From Phycisphaerales bacterium (GTDB lineage Bacteria; Planctomycetota; Phycisphaerae; Phycisphaerales; UBA1924): a stretch of 64,000 nt of DNA. The notes beneath the pieces were generated by a model, which saw only the letters and a list, made by a program, of their open reading frames with translations, did not search any database and had not been told where the DNA came from. Each line of letters starts with the position of its first letter. The first letter of the stretch is position 1. The stretch spans positions 32,840 through 96,839 of the forward strand of contig JBGAPK010000001.1 of NCBI GenBank assembly GCA_044221315.1, read 5' to 3'. The position numbers and the translations under genes are program-made. Shown piece by piece: positions 20,718 through 30,038 of this stretch.

Positions 20718-22160
20718 ATGACCTTCGCCGCTCTCACCGTGGCCCTCGGCCTCACCCTCGAACTCGCGGTCCTGGTGCGAGTGATGCTCCGCCCCCACCG
20801 CGAGCCGGCCTCGCGCATCGCATGGGTCGCCGTCGTGCTCGCCCTGCCGCTCGTCGGAGTCGTCGCGTACATCTTCTTCGGTGAGGTGAATATCGGCCGC
20901 CGGCGCGTGGCGAGGTTGCGCGAGCTCGAGCGCCGGGCGCCAGCCCCGGACCCGAGCGCGCCCGCCGATCTCGAGAACCTGCGCACGCAGATCCCCGATC
21001 GTTGCGCCCACCTCTTCCACGTCGGCCAGTCGATCAGCGGCTTCGAGCCCGTCGCCGGCAACTCCGCCCGACTGACCGAAGATTCCAACGCCGCCATCGC
21101 CTCGATCATTGCCGATATTGACGCCGCCAAAGACCACGTCCACGTCCTCTTCTACATCTGGCTCGCCGACGGCAACGGCTGCCGCATGGCCGAAGCCCTG
21201 ATCAGGGCCGTGAAACGCGGCGTCACCTGCCGCGCCATGATCGACAACCTCGGGTCGCGAGGCCTGCTCAAGTCACCACAGTGGAAAGCAATGAAAGAAG
21301 CGGGCGTCAAACTCGGCGTCGCGCTCGGTATCAAGCACATGATCCTCAAGGCGCCCTTCCGGCGTTTCGATCTCCGCAACCACCGCAAGATCGTCGTCAT
21401 CGACAACACCATCACCTACTGCGGCAGCCAGAACTGCGCCGACCCCGAATTCCGCGTCAAGGCCAAGTTCGCCCCCTGGGTCGATGCCCTCATTCGCTTC
21501 GAGGGCCCGATCGCCCAGCAGAATCAGCGTCTGTTCGCGATCGACTGGATGAGCGCCACCGGCGAAGACATCGATAGCCTGCTCCGTCAGCCGCTGCGAG
21601 CGCCGCGGCCCGGATTCGCCGCCCAGGTCATCGGCACCGGTCCGACCGTCCGCTACTCGGCCATGCCCGAGGTCTTCGAGTCGCTGATCTTCGCGGCCCG
21701 CCGCGAATTGACAATCTCCACCCCCTACTACGTCCCCGATGAATCGCTCCAGAGCGCCCTCTGCTCCACCGCCTACCGGGGCGTCAAGACGACCATCATC
21801 TTCCCCGCCCGCAACGACTCCTGGATCGTCGCCGGCGCCAGCCGCAGCTACTACGCCGACCTGCTCGAAGCAGGCGTGAACATCTACGAGTATTTCGGCG
21901 GCCTCCTGCACACGAAGTCGCTCACGCTCGACGGCGAGATCACGCTCATCGGCTCGGCCAACATGGACCGGCGCAGCCTCGATCTCAACTATGAGAACAA
22001 CATCCTCTTCCACGACGCGGAATTGACCGAGGCGATGCAGGAAAGACAACGTCAATACCTCGCCAGCTCCAGGCCCGTCACCCGCGAAATAGTGCAGAAG
22101 TGGTCCCCGGCGCGCCGCCTCTGGAACAACACCCTCGCCACACTGGGGCCGATTCTGTGA
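20718..22160 (+). CDS. cls: cardiolipin synthase (PLD superfamily)
   Basis: Two N-terminal TM helices and two HKD motifs (HRKIVVID...GSQN and HTKSLTLD...GSANMD). 480 aa. Confidence 0.9.
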   Translation: MTFAALTVALGLTLELAVLVRVMLRPHREPASRIAWVAVVLALPLVGVVAYIFFGEVNIGRRRVARLRELERRAPAPDPSAPADLENLRTQIPDRCAHLFHVGQSISGFEPVAGNSARLTEDSNAAIASIIADIDAAKDHVHVLFYIWLADGNGCRMAEALIRAVKRGVTCRAMIDNLGSRGLLKSPQWKAMKEAGVKLGVALGIKHMILKAPFRRFDLRNHRKIVVIDNTITYCGSQNCADPEFRVKAKFAPWVDALIRFEGPIAQQNQRLFAIDWMSATGEDIDSLLRQPLRAPRPGFAAQVIGTGPTVRYSAMPEVFESLIFAARRELTISTPYYVPDESLQSALCSTAYRGVKTTIIFPARNDSWIVAGASRSYYADLLEAGVNIYEYFGGLLHTKSLTLDGEITLIGSANMDRRSLDLNYENNILFHDAELTEAMQERQRQYLASSRPVTREIVQKWSPARRLWNNTLATLGPIL

Positions 22161-22242
22161 GCGGCTTGCCGTAATCGGGGCCGCCTGCCGCTGCGTATTG
22201 TCCCCTTGCCCCGAAGCCCTCAACAGAAAAGGTGGTACCGAG

Positions 22243-22989
22243 ATGCTCAACTCAAAACATGCGAAGGTGCAATCTCCGACCGCCACGTTTCGTCGCTCCC
22301 TGGCGACGCGGCTGTCCCTCGCACTGGCCTGCGGCACAATCTTCATCGCCGCCAGCCAGGCCGGTCTCTTCGGCCTGAACATCATGGGCCCCAGCGGCGA
22401 CGACAACAGCCAGAAACGGGCCACGATCAACAGCGAGAGCACCGACATGCTCCAGCAGTTGTACGACGCCAAGCCCGAGATGAAAGCGACGATCGCCAAG
22501 GCCGCCGGATACGCCACGTTCAAGAAGACCGACATCAAGCTCTTTCTTGTGGCCTCGGGAAACGGCTACGGCGTCCTGACGAACAACAAGACCGGGCAGC
22601 AGACGTACATGGACGTCGCCTCGCTCGGCGGCGGCGTCGGAGTCGGCATCAACGACCTCCGCGTCATCTTCGTCTTCGACGACCCGGCCGTCATGCAGCA
22701 GTTCCTCTCAGAGGGCTGGCAGTTCGGCGGCGACGCCGACGCCAATGCGCAGTACAACAACACGGGAGTCGCGGCCAGCCAGTCGGGTCAGGCCAACGTT
22801 GATTTCAGCGATGGCGCCGTCTCGGGCACGTCTTCCACCAGCGCCAACGCCGGCTCGGGCAAGGGAAGCGGTCAGACTGCCGCCGCCGGAAACGGAATGC
22901 AGATCTACCAGTTTACCCAGAGCGGCATCGCGCTGCAGGCCACCGTCTCGGGAACCAAGTACTGGGTCGACCCCGACCTCAACAACTGA
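22243..22989 (+). CDS. hypothetical secreted protein, possibly SYLF/DUF500-like
   Basis: ATG at 22243 follows AAGGTGG. Hydrophobic N-terminal segment. Gly-rich beta pattern GNGYGVL...GGGVGVG...IFVFDD. Family assignment is from memory only. Confidence 0.55.
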   Translation: MLNSKHAKVQSPTATFRRSLATRLSLALACGTIFIAASQAGLFGLNIMGPSGDDNSQKRATINSESTDMLQQLYDAKPEMKATIAKAAGYATFKKTDIKLFLVASGNGYGVLTNNKTGQQTYMDVASLGGGVGVGINDLRVIFVFDDPAVMQQFLSEGWQFGGDADANAQYNNTGVAASQSGQANVDFSDGAVSGTSSTSANAGSGKGSGQTAAAGNGMQIYQFTQSGIALQATVSGTKYWVDPDLNN

Positions 22990-23050
22990 CGCCGCTCCCG
23001 CCTCATCGATCCTCCCGCACTTCCCTCCGCGCACTGAAAAGGACTAACCC

Positions 23051-23611
23051 ATGAAGCTCGGCACACTCAAGTATTTCGCCATCGCCGCTCTGACCGGCTC
23101 GATCGTCGCTTCCGTGGCCGCCTCGCGCGAGCCCGCCCCCACTCCCCCCGCTCCCGCGCCGTCCTCGACCCAGGGAACGCCCGCGAAGAAGTCCGACAAT
23201 CTGAGCGAAGTGCTGGAGATGTTCCGCTCCGATCTCAACGCCAACAAAGTGCGCACCCTCAACCAGGTCATGAAGATGACGGCCGAAGAGGCCGCGAAAT
23301 TCTGGCCGATCTACCAGAAGTACGAGAAGGAACTGGCCGCCGTCGGCGACCGGCGCGTCGCGCTCATCAGGCAGTTTGTCCAACTCTCCAACGAGGGCAA
23401 ACTGACCGACAGCAGCGCCGCCATGATGTCCGAAGAGTGGCTGCAGGGCGAGCAGGACCGCCTGAATCTGTGGAAGAAGTACAACAAGGAAATCGGCGCC
23501 GCGGTCTCACCGATCCGCGCCGCTCAGTTCCTGCAGGTGGAGCACCAGATCGCCCTCCTTGTTGATATCAACATCGCGTCGGCGATGCCCGCCGTCGGCC
23601 AGCCGAAGTGA
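23051..23611 (+). CDS. hypothetical secreted helical protein
   Basis: Signal peptide MKLGTLKYFAIAALTGSIVASVAA, then a Pro-rich linker and a Lys/Glu-rich helical body. No family recognised. Confidence 0.6.
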   Translation: MKLGTLKYFAIAALTGSIVASVAASREPAPTPPAPAPSSTQGTPAKKSDNLSEVLEMFRSDLNANKVRTLNQVMKMTAEEAAKFWPIYQKYEKELAAVGDRRVALIRQFVQLSNEGKLTDSSAAMMSEEWLQGEQDRLNLWKKYNKEIGAAVSPIRAAQFLQVEHQIALLVDINIASAMPAVGQPK

Positions 23612-23626
23612 TTGAGCATGCTCGCT

Positions 23627-23644
23627 GAATCGGCCGCCCGATTC
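23627..23644. terminator. hairpin between convergent genes
   Basis: GAATCGG ccgc CCGATTC lies between the stop at 23611 (+) and the stop at 23652 (-). No clear U-tract. Confidence 0.35.
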
Positions 23645-23651
23645 GGCGTTC

Positions 23652-24338
23652 TCACTCTTCTTCGCTCCCGCCGATCGGCACTTCAACCCCCACGAACGGG
23701 AGCTGCGTGCTCTGCCGGCGAGGGTTGTAATTTCGGTAAAGCGTGACGGCCCACGCGGCGATCAGCACGAGAAAGATCGCCGCGACGACCGGACGGGACG
23801 ACGCAATGGCGTCGCGGGCTTCTCCGGGCTTGCGCCCGCTGATCATGGAGAGCGCAATAGCGTCGCGATGGCGGAGCGTGTGCAGAATGATCCCGAGCAC
23901 GTGAACCGCGATCAGGGCGAGCATGCCGTAGGCGAGCAGTTCGTGGATCTTCTTCCAGCCTCGGTCGCCACCTCCCACCATCAGGCCTGTGACGACCTGC
24001 GCCGCGGTAAGCGCGAGCATCCCGAAAATGACGTACGCCGAGCCGGGATTGTGACCCGTCCAGCGTGTCTCTTTCCACGTCAGCGCCCGCTTGAAATAGC
24101 CCAGCACGTTCCGCGGCCCGAAGACAAACGAACCAAAGCGGGCGTGCCGCGTCCCGGCAAACCCCCACACGATCCGCAGCACCAGCATGAAGGCCAGCAC
24201 CAGCCCGATCAGGCTGTGATACGGAAAGACCAGGCTCGAACGCGAAGCGAGCAGCGCGATCGCCAGCGCGCCGATCCACCCGGCCGTGAAGAGCCAGTGG
24301 AACACCCGCACCGGAAGATCCCAGATGAGCACGCGCAC
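23652..24338 (-). CDS. cytochrome b (b561 / Ni-Fe hydrogenase b-type subunit family) membrane protein
   Basis: GTG at 24338 gives (M)RVLIWDLPVRVFHWLF. Four TM helices carry conserved His residues (FHW, GHNP, IHELLAY, AVHVLGIILH). It starts 57 nt after the stop of the upstream gene. Confidence 0.75.
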   Translation of the reverse strand: MRVLIWDLPVRVFHWLFTAGWIGALAIALLASRSSLVFPYHSLIGLVLAFMLVLRIVWGFAGTRHARFGSFVFGPRNVLGYFKRALTWKETRWTGHNPGSAYVIFGMLALTAAQVVTGLMVGGGDRGWKKIHELLAYGMLALIAVHVLGIILHTLRHRDAIALSMISGRKPGEARDAIASSRPVVAAIFLVLIAAWAVTLYRNYNPRRQSTQLPFVGVEVPIGGSEEE

Positions 24339-24394
24339 CGTTCGTCTCCGCGCACGGCCCACTCGGGCCCGCGCTCCGGCAGCGTACGCGTTTC

Positions 24395-25654
24395 CTACTT
24401 CTCCCGCACCTCGAGGTCGAACCGCCGGCTCAACGTGGTCGCCACAGGCGGGTACATCATCTCGAACCGCGAGCCAACGAACTCGTCGATCGGCCTCTGG
24501 ATTCGACCCGTCACATCCGCCACCAGCGTCGAGTACCAAGGCAGGTACGGACACAGCGTTCCCGCCACTCCCCCGGGCAGAAGCTGCGCCCGCTCGGCCA
24601 GCGGCAGCGACTGGCGCTCGAAGTCGGCCTCGTTATTCACGTGCGGAAAGAGCAGCCGGTCGAGCAGCTGGGTGTTCGGCGCGGCAGGCACGTTCAGGTC
24701 CTTGTGGATGAACAGATCAAACATCACCCGCTCGACCGGAGTGTTCAAGAGCACCATGAACCCTGCGGTGTTCGAAGTCTCCGAATACCGGTCGTAGAGC
24801 TTCCGGAGCCTCGTGCCAAAGACGCACGTCGTAAGCCCTTCGTTCCCGACCGGCCCCGATGCCAATTCAAATCTGCGATAGCCGCCCGATTCAACCATCC
24901 GAATATCCGGCTCGGAAGGGCTTGAAAACCGCTTGTACACCTGCGAGCGCCCCTCGCCCGGCCCGCTCGGATCCAGCGGCTCCTTGACGAACTTCACCGC
25001 TTCGCCCGTCGCGCTGTGCACTGCTTCATAGCTCAGGGGCACCGCCTGCGTCCGCAGGCGCCGGAACCCGACAAAGCCGTTCACGTGCCCTGCGTCGAGC
25101 ATCGACGGATCGTCGGGCGACGGGAAGACAAAGACCGTCACAAACCGGATGCGTGCCTGCACGCCCCACACGCCGCAGGCGCCCTCGAAGAGCTTCCGCC
25201 GGACCTTCTCCGCCTCGGCCGTGACCTTTACATCCCCGTGATTGGCCATCAGCATCGCCAGTGTCTTGCGATCGCCCGAGCACGCCGCCAGCGCCGTTTC
25301 AAACTCGGTCAGTGCCGCCACCGCCGAGTCGATCGCCTGAGCCGGTGCGCCCTTCCGGCGGCAGGCGTCGAGAAACTTGGCCATGCTCGCCTGGCCCGGC
25401 ACATCGCTCACAGCCAGGGTCGGGTTGGACTCCTGCACCATGCGCGTCAAACGCCATGTCAAACCGCGGTTGATTCCCAGTTCACGCGACGATTCGCGGG
25501 TCTTGGTTGGGTCAACGCCAACAAGCGCAAAAAGCCCGGCGACCTCGGCCCGTGCCCTGTGAAAGGCTGTCAGGACGTTCTCCAACGTCCCGCCACGCCC
25601 AGCAATGGCGATCTCGATTGGTTCTCGGACCTTTGTATCGGTAGCGATGGACAT
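24395..25654 (-). CDS. hypothetical cytosolic protein, 419 aa, no recognisable family
   Basis: Clean protein-like composition over the full length. No signal peptide or TM helix. Co-directional and nearly contiguous with the cytochrome b gene. SRELGINRGLTWRLTRM is a weak HTH-like stretch. Confidence 0.7.
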   Translation of the reverse strand: MSIATDTKVREPIEIAIAGRGGTLENVLTAFHRARAEVAGLFALVGVDPTKTRESSRELGINRGLTWRLTRMVQESNPTLAVSDVPGQASMAKFLDACRRKGAPAQAIDSAVAALTEFETALAACSGDRKTLAMLMANHGDVKVTAEAEKVRRKLFEGACGVWGVQARIRFVTVFVFPSPDDPSMLDAGHVNGFVGFRRLRTQAVPLSYEAVHSATGEAVKFVKEPLDPSGPGEGRSQVYKRFSSPSEPDIRMVESGGYRRFELASGPVGNEGLTTCVFGTRLRKLYDRYSETSNTAGFMVLLNTPVERVMFDLFIHKDLNVPAAPNTQLLDRLLFPHVNNEADFERQSLPLAERAQLLPGGVAGTLCPYLPWYSTLVADVTGRIQRPIDEFVGSRFEMMYPPVATTLSRRFDLEVREK

Positions 25655-25729
25655 CGAGTGTCTCTTCCTATTTCGGGGTCAATCCACCCTGTCAGTATAC
25701 CAACGCGCAAACGAAACGAAAAAAGAATT

Positions 25730-25765
25730 GTCACGAACTTTGTCAAAATTGACACTTGACGTGAC
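25730..25765. promoter_or_regulatory. nested inverted repeat in the divergent intergenic region
   Basis: GTCACG-aactt-TGTCA-aaat-TGACA-cttga-CGTGAC. Both the outer 6-bp arms and the inner 5-bp arms are reverse complements. It overlaps the TTGACA/TTGACG -35-like hexamers. Confidence 0.4.
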
Positions 25766-25784
25766 GTCCAAAATGGTTTAACCT
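25756..25784 (+). promoter_or_regulatory. candidate sigma70-type promoter for the 25853 gene array
   Basis: TTGACG (25756-25761), a 17-nt spacer, then TAACCT (25779-25784). Confidence 0.35.
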
Positions 25785-25798
25785 ACCTCCTTTCACCA

Positions 25799-25838
25799 CC
25801 CGAGATCGCGTGTTTCTCGGGCCAAACACGTCTGTTTT
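25799..25838 (+). promoter_or_regulatory. two mutually exclusive leader hairpins (attenuator-like)
   Basis: CCCGAGA (25799-25805) pairs with TCTCGGG (25815-25821). The overlapping alternative is CGTGTTT (25809-25815) pairing with AAACACG (25824-25830), followed by TCTGTTTTC. The SD GAGGAGAG and ATG 25853 come next. Confidence 0.3.
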
Positions 25839-25852
25839 CGAGGAGAGTTCAA

Positions 25853-26497
25853 ATGCGTCAGACTTCAGTCATCGCCGCGGCAGCCCTTGCCGCAGGTGCT
25901 CTCGCGAGCGCCGCCAATGCCGGGTTCTCGTACATCCAGTCGACTTCGGCCCAGCCGACGTACGGCCACGTCCTGAACTTTGATGCCCCGGGCAGCCCCA
26001 CCGGCGCCTGTGCGGGAGATGCGTTCGCGAGCTTCGGCGTGTCGTCGCTCGTCACGGGCACCGACCCGGGCGCGTACGTCTCCCAGGTCAACGCCACCCC
26101 CGGCTACGGCTGGCTCGGCACGGGCAACGTCGCCTCCGGCGCGTACGGCCTGTACATGAAGTTCAGCGGTCAGGTCTCACAGCTCTCGGTTCAGTACTGG
26201 GATGACTCGGGCCCCGGCTCATTCACTGGTGGCGGCGCGGCGCTTGTGCTCTCGAAGGGCGGCGTGCAGGTGGACTTCTACTACATTCAGAATCCCGCAT
26301 TCGGACCCGCCGGCAAGTCCTGGTTCAACATCACCACCTCGGGTGGCGACACGTTCGATCAGATCGACTTTGTCGGGTACGGCTTCCCGGCAAACGCGTT
26401 TATCGACAACGTCTCCTGGACCGAGATCCCGACCCCGGCATCGGCAGCGCTCCTCGCCTTCGGTGGCACGCTCATCGCCCGCCGCCGTCGCTCCTGA
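25853..26497 (+). CDS. PEP-CTERM-type secreted protein
   Basis: Signal peptide MRQTSVIAAAALAAGALASAANA. C-terminal tail EIPTPASAALLAFGGTLIARRRRS. Confidence 0.8.
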   Translation: MRQTSVIAAAALAAGALASAANAGFSYIQSTSAQPTYGHVLNFDAPGSPTGACAGDAFASFGVSSLVTGTDPGAYVSQVNATPGYGWLGTGNVASGAYGLYMKFSGQVSQLSVQYWDDSGPGSFTGGGAALVLSKGGVQVDFYYIQNPAFGPAGKSWFNITTSGGDTFDQIDFVGYGFPANAFIDNVSWTEIPTPASAALLAFGGTLIARRRRS

Positions 26498-26577
26498 ACA
26501 CTTTCCCCTACGAGGCGTGTCGCTTTGCGGCGGCCCGCTTCTTTCTTTCGTTTGGCACTCGCACGTCCTTCGGAAAC

Positions 26578-27888
26578 ATGCACATGAAGCGCTTCCTGTC
26601 CCTTGCATCCGCCGCCGTCACACTGACCTCAATTGCCGGGCTCGCGCCGGCGGCGCCCTGGATACAGCCGCTCGATCCAGGGTATTACATCACGGACTTG
26701 TCTTACGACGGCACCGCCGCGGCGGGCAACGTCGTCGGAGACGGCACGTACGAGACATTCCGGTGGACAGCCTCGGACGGCTTCATGCGCCTTGGGCAGG
26801 CGTCGGTGCCGGCGATCGGTGTTGGTGGGGGTTCGCCGGACATTTCCTACGACGGCAAGCGGGTTTCCGCGTCCATCTTGAGCAGCGACTACAACCAGAC
26901 GCTCGGACTGTGGGACATCAACAACGGCTGGTCGGAGGCATTCCCGCCTGTCCCCTCGTTCGTCACGGCGCAGGATCTGACCTACGGCTCGGCGTGGGGC
27001 CTTTCCGGCGATGGCAAGGTGGTCACGGGCTATTACTGCTCGAACATATTGCCGTCCCGCGTGCAGGGCTGCACTTGGTCGCCGGACGGGGCGCTTACCA
27101 ACATCTCCGGAGCGCGCGTTCGGGTAAACGCCGCGAGCTACAACGCTTCGGTCGTTGCCGGCTGGGAAGACTTCGGCCACCAGGGCTCCTGGACTCCGAC
27201 GGCCTGGCGCAACGGCGTCAAGTACCCGCTCATCGACAATCCGCTCGGCACGACGATGGCGCAGAGCGTCAACATCGACGGCTCGATCATTGTCGGCTAC
27301 GGCGTTGACGAGTACGCGTATCAGCAGTCGGCGGTGATCTGGCGGTGGAACGGCAGCAGCTACGACACTCAAATCTGCGGATTTCTGCCCGACACAGTCT
27401 ACGGCTACGGCGTGGCCATGTTCTCCAGCGTCACCGACGACGGCAGCATCGCCGTCGGCTCGAACCGGCTCGCGTTCAGCCCCAACTCGTGGGTGCCGCT
27501 CATCTGGACCGCGGAAACGGGGCTCATCAGCGGCCTCGACTACATCGCCTCGCTCGGGCTGACCGTCCCGGCGAGCACCGTCATCAGCGATTTCCAGTGC
27601 ATCTCACCCGACGGCTCCGTGATTTCTGCGACGGGCTTCGACACCGACGCCGGCATGTATCACACGTTTCTCATCCATCTGCATCAGCCGTGCCCCGCCG
27701 ATCTCACTCATGACTGGATCGTCGAGGACAGCGACTTCGTTGTTTTCGCCAACGCCTACGACATTCTCGATTGCGCGGATCCGAGCATGCCGCTCTGGTG
27801 CCCTTCCGATATCAACCGCGACGGAATGGTGGACGACGCCGACTTTGTTCTCTTCGCCGGCGCGTACGACGCGCTGCTCTGTTCCTAG
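26578..27888 (+). CDS. secreted HAF-like repeat protein with C-terminal four-Cys double dockerin-like module (copy B)
   Basis: Signal peptide. Repeated S(Y)DG..V.G / W.W motifs. The last 65 aa (nt 27691-27888) are CPADLTHDWIVEDSDFVVFANAYDILDCADPSMPLWCPSDINRDGMVDDADFVLFAGAYDALLCS. Confidence 0.85.
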   Translation: MHMKRFLSLASAAVTLTSIAGLAPAAPWIQPLDPGYYITDLSYDGTAAAGNVVGDGTYETFRWTASDGFMRLGQASVPAIGVGGGSPDISYDGKRVSASILSSDYNQTLGLWDINNGWSEAFPPVPSFVTAQDLTYGSAWGLSGDGKVVTGYYCSNILPSRVQGCTWSPDGALTNISGARVRVNAASYNASVVAGWEDFGHQGSWTPTAWRNGVKYPLIDNPLGTTMAQSVNIDGSIIVGYGVDEYAYQQSAVIWRWNGSSYDTQICGFLPDTVYGYGVAMFSSVTDDGSIAVGSNRLAFSPNSWVPLIWTAETGLISGLDYIASLGLTVPASTVISDFQCISPDGSVISATGFDTDAGMYHTFLIHLHQPCPADLTHDWIVEDSDFVVFANAYDILDCADPSMPLWCPSDINRDGMVDDADFVLFAGAYDALLCS

Positions 27889-27991
27889 AACGCCTTCAAA
27901 GCTGTCTTCTCTCCCACAGAGACGTGCCGCCTGACCGCGACCCGTCTCTTTTCAACCTCTCTCCCACTCCAACCCTTTTCAGGATCCCGCG

Positions 27992-29278
27992 ATGCTCAAG
28001 CAACTCTCTGCCGCCCTTGTCCTGTTCTGCTCCGGCGACGCTCTTGGCGCTGCGGGGTACACGTACGTTGAAACCGGAAATCTGATCTCGAGCCTTTCGT
28101 ACGACGGGACGGCCGGCGCGGGAAATGTCCTTTGGGATTACTCGTACGAGACGTTCCGGTGGACGAGCGTTGGCGGGGTGGAGCGCCTCGGGCGGGCCTC
28201 GGTGCCCGTCATAAACCAGGGCGCGGGGACACCGGACATCTCCTTCAGCGGCCGGCAGGTTTCGGCTTCGATTCTCAGCACGGACGTGCAGCTCACGCAG
28301 GGCCTCTGGGATGCCGGCACCGGCTGGACCGAGACGATGCCGGATTCACCCCCCGGCGGCGCGCTTGTTGACAGCGGCTACGGCTCGGCGTGGGGCCTTT
28401 CCGGCAACGGACAGACTCTGACCGGCTTCTTCTGGACGCCGGCCTATCGGGCCCAGGCCTGCGCCTGGTCGGCCCAGAACGGATTCCTTGCGCTCGAGCA
28501 GGTTCCGGGGCGCAGCGCCCGCGCGAACGGTGTCAGCTATGACGGCTCGGTTGTCGGCGGCTGGGAAGAGAATGAATGGGGCTCCTGGATGCCGCGCGCG
28601 TGGCGGAACGGGGTGAAGTTTGACCTCGACGAGCGCGACGGCGGCGTCAACATGGTCGAGCACGTGAACGGGAACGGCTCGATCCTCTGCGGCAGCAGCC
28701 GCAACGACGACGTGGCCATCAATGTCGCGACGCTGTGGCGCTGGAACGGCACGTCCTACGACATCGAGCAGGTCGGTTCCCTCCCGGACTTCTCGCCCAA
28801 CCAGAGCACCTGCTCGCTGCTGAGCATCTCCGACGACGGCAGCATCGCGGTGGGTGTGCATTCCTATTCGTGGGACTACGGCGTCGGCATCGTGTGGACG
28901 CCGGCCGGTGGGCTGGTTCTCGCCACCGATTTCTTTGCGGAGAACGGCGTCTTCCTCCCGGAGACCCTCGCGGTGCTCGATTGCTCGGCGGTTTCGGGCG
29001 ACGGCTCGACCATCTCGGCGACGTGCCTCGACACGGAAGTCTTCGAGTACGTTACCGTCCTCGTCGTGCTGCGTCAGCCGTGCCCGGGCGACCTCAACAA
29101 CGACCGTCAGGTAGACGATGCCGACTTTGTCCTCTTCGCCTCGCAGTACGACACGCTGGACTGCGCCGACCCGGCCATGCCCGGATACTGCCGCGCCGAC
29201 CTGAGCAACGACGGGATGGTCGAGGACGCGGACTTCGTGCTGTTCGCGCAGGCGTACGACCAGCTTGTTTGTCCCTGA
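27992..29278 (+). CDS. secreted HAF-like repeat protein with C-terminal four-Cys double dockerin-like module (copy C), paralog of 26578..27888
   Basis: Collinear similarity to the preceding gene (LSYDGTAxAGNV, YETFRWT, GSAWGLSG, WRNGVK, WRWNG). The last 65 aa (nt 29081-29278) carry the module. Confidence 0.85.
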   Translation: MLKQLSAALVLFCSGDALGAAGYTYVETGNLISSLSYDGTAGAGNVLWDYSYETFRWTSVGGVERLGRASVPVINQGAGTPDISFSGRQVSASILSTDVQLTQGLWDAGTGWTETMPDSPPGGALVDSGYGSAWGLSGNGQTLTGFFWTPAYRAQACAWSAQNGFLALEQVPGRSARANGVSYDGSVVGGWEENEWGSWMPRAWRNGVKFDLDERDGGVNMVEHVNGNGSILCGSSRNDDVAINVATLWRWNGTSYDIEQVGSLPDFSPNQSTCSLLSISDDGSIAVGVHSYSWDYGVGIVWTPAGGLVLATDFFAENGVFLPETLAVLDCSAVSGDGSTISATCLDTEVFEYVTVLVVLRQPCPGDLNNDRQVDDADFVLFASQYDTLDCADPAMPGYCRADLSNDGMVEDADFVLFAQAYDQLVCP

Positions 29279-29400
29279 TGGGCCGGAGAACCGGCTTCGG
29301 AAACTGTTTGCATCCGGCTTGCCGCTTTCCATTTCCAATTTCTTGAGGAGATTTCATAAGACTGACCTTTGCTGCCGCAGGTCTCGCATCGTTCCTTTCC

Positions 29401-30012
29401 ATGACCGCCGGCGCCGCGATCTTCCAGGTGGATATCTGCGGCGACATCTACCACAACGGGATCCGCATCGGCGGCCCGCTCGACCGGGCGAATGTACCGG
29501 CCGGCTCGAAGGCGGTGATCCACTTCGTTCTTTGTTCAATCCTTTACCTGAACGATCCCGATGGCCTGCCCACACGCGGATACACGATCGATCAGGGATC
29601 GTTCACCGCGACATACGGCAGCGTGACCGTTGGGATTCAGAATCCCTTCCCGGCCGGGCAGACCTCGATGTTCGTCCTCCGCGATAACGACCCGGCGGTC
29701 GACGGGTTCTTCCTCTCGACGGGAACGGCGTATCCCTTTCCCGCGCCGACGAGCGAACCGGGCGCGCTCGGCCAGTTCGGCGTCTATTACGCGGTGGGCT
29801 ATGTCGGCAACACGCTCTCGTCGCTCAACATCGCCGACGCCGTCGGCACGCACGACTACACCGGCCTGACCAACTTCGGATTCTCCACCGACGACGGCGA
29901 GAACGACGCGATGGGGATCGACTTCAATCACATGGTGATTGCGTCCATCCCGGCCCCGTCGACGCTCGCGCTCATGCTGCCGGTGACGCTGGTCCGTCGC
30001 CGTCGGCGCTGA
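29401..30012 (+). CDS. PEP-CTERM-type secreted protein (true start probably upstream at a non-ATG codon)
   Basis: Tail SIPAPSTLALMLPVTLVRRRRR. The frame is open back to 29347 and encodes IRLTFAAAGLASFLSMTAGAA, a signal-peptide-like segment, after SD GAGGAG (29345-29350). Candidate starts are ATA 29356 and CTG 29362. Confidence 0.75.
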   Translation: MTAGAAIFQVDICGDIYHNGIRIGGPLDRANVPAGSKAVIHFVLCSILYLNDPDGLPTRGYTIDQGSFTATYGSVTVGIQNPFPAGQTSMFVLRDNDPAVDGFFLSTGTAYPFPAPTSEPGALGQFGVYYAVGYVGNTLSSLNIADAVGTHDYTGLTNFGFSTDDGENDAMGIDFNHMVIASIPAPSTLALMLPVTLVRRRRR

Positions 30013-30038
30013 GACTGAATGCATTCAACGGCCCCGAA

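Noticed and set aside
26498-27991. Weak hairpins after 26497 (GCGG-cggc-CCGC plus T-rich) and after 27888 (GAGACG...CGTCTC plus TTTTC) as internal terminators of the array
   Set aside because: The stems are only 4-6 bp, with either a minimal loop or an 18-nt loop. That is not strong enough to list as terminators. They may modulate read-through, but I cannot support them.
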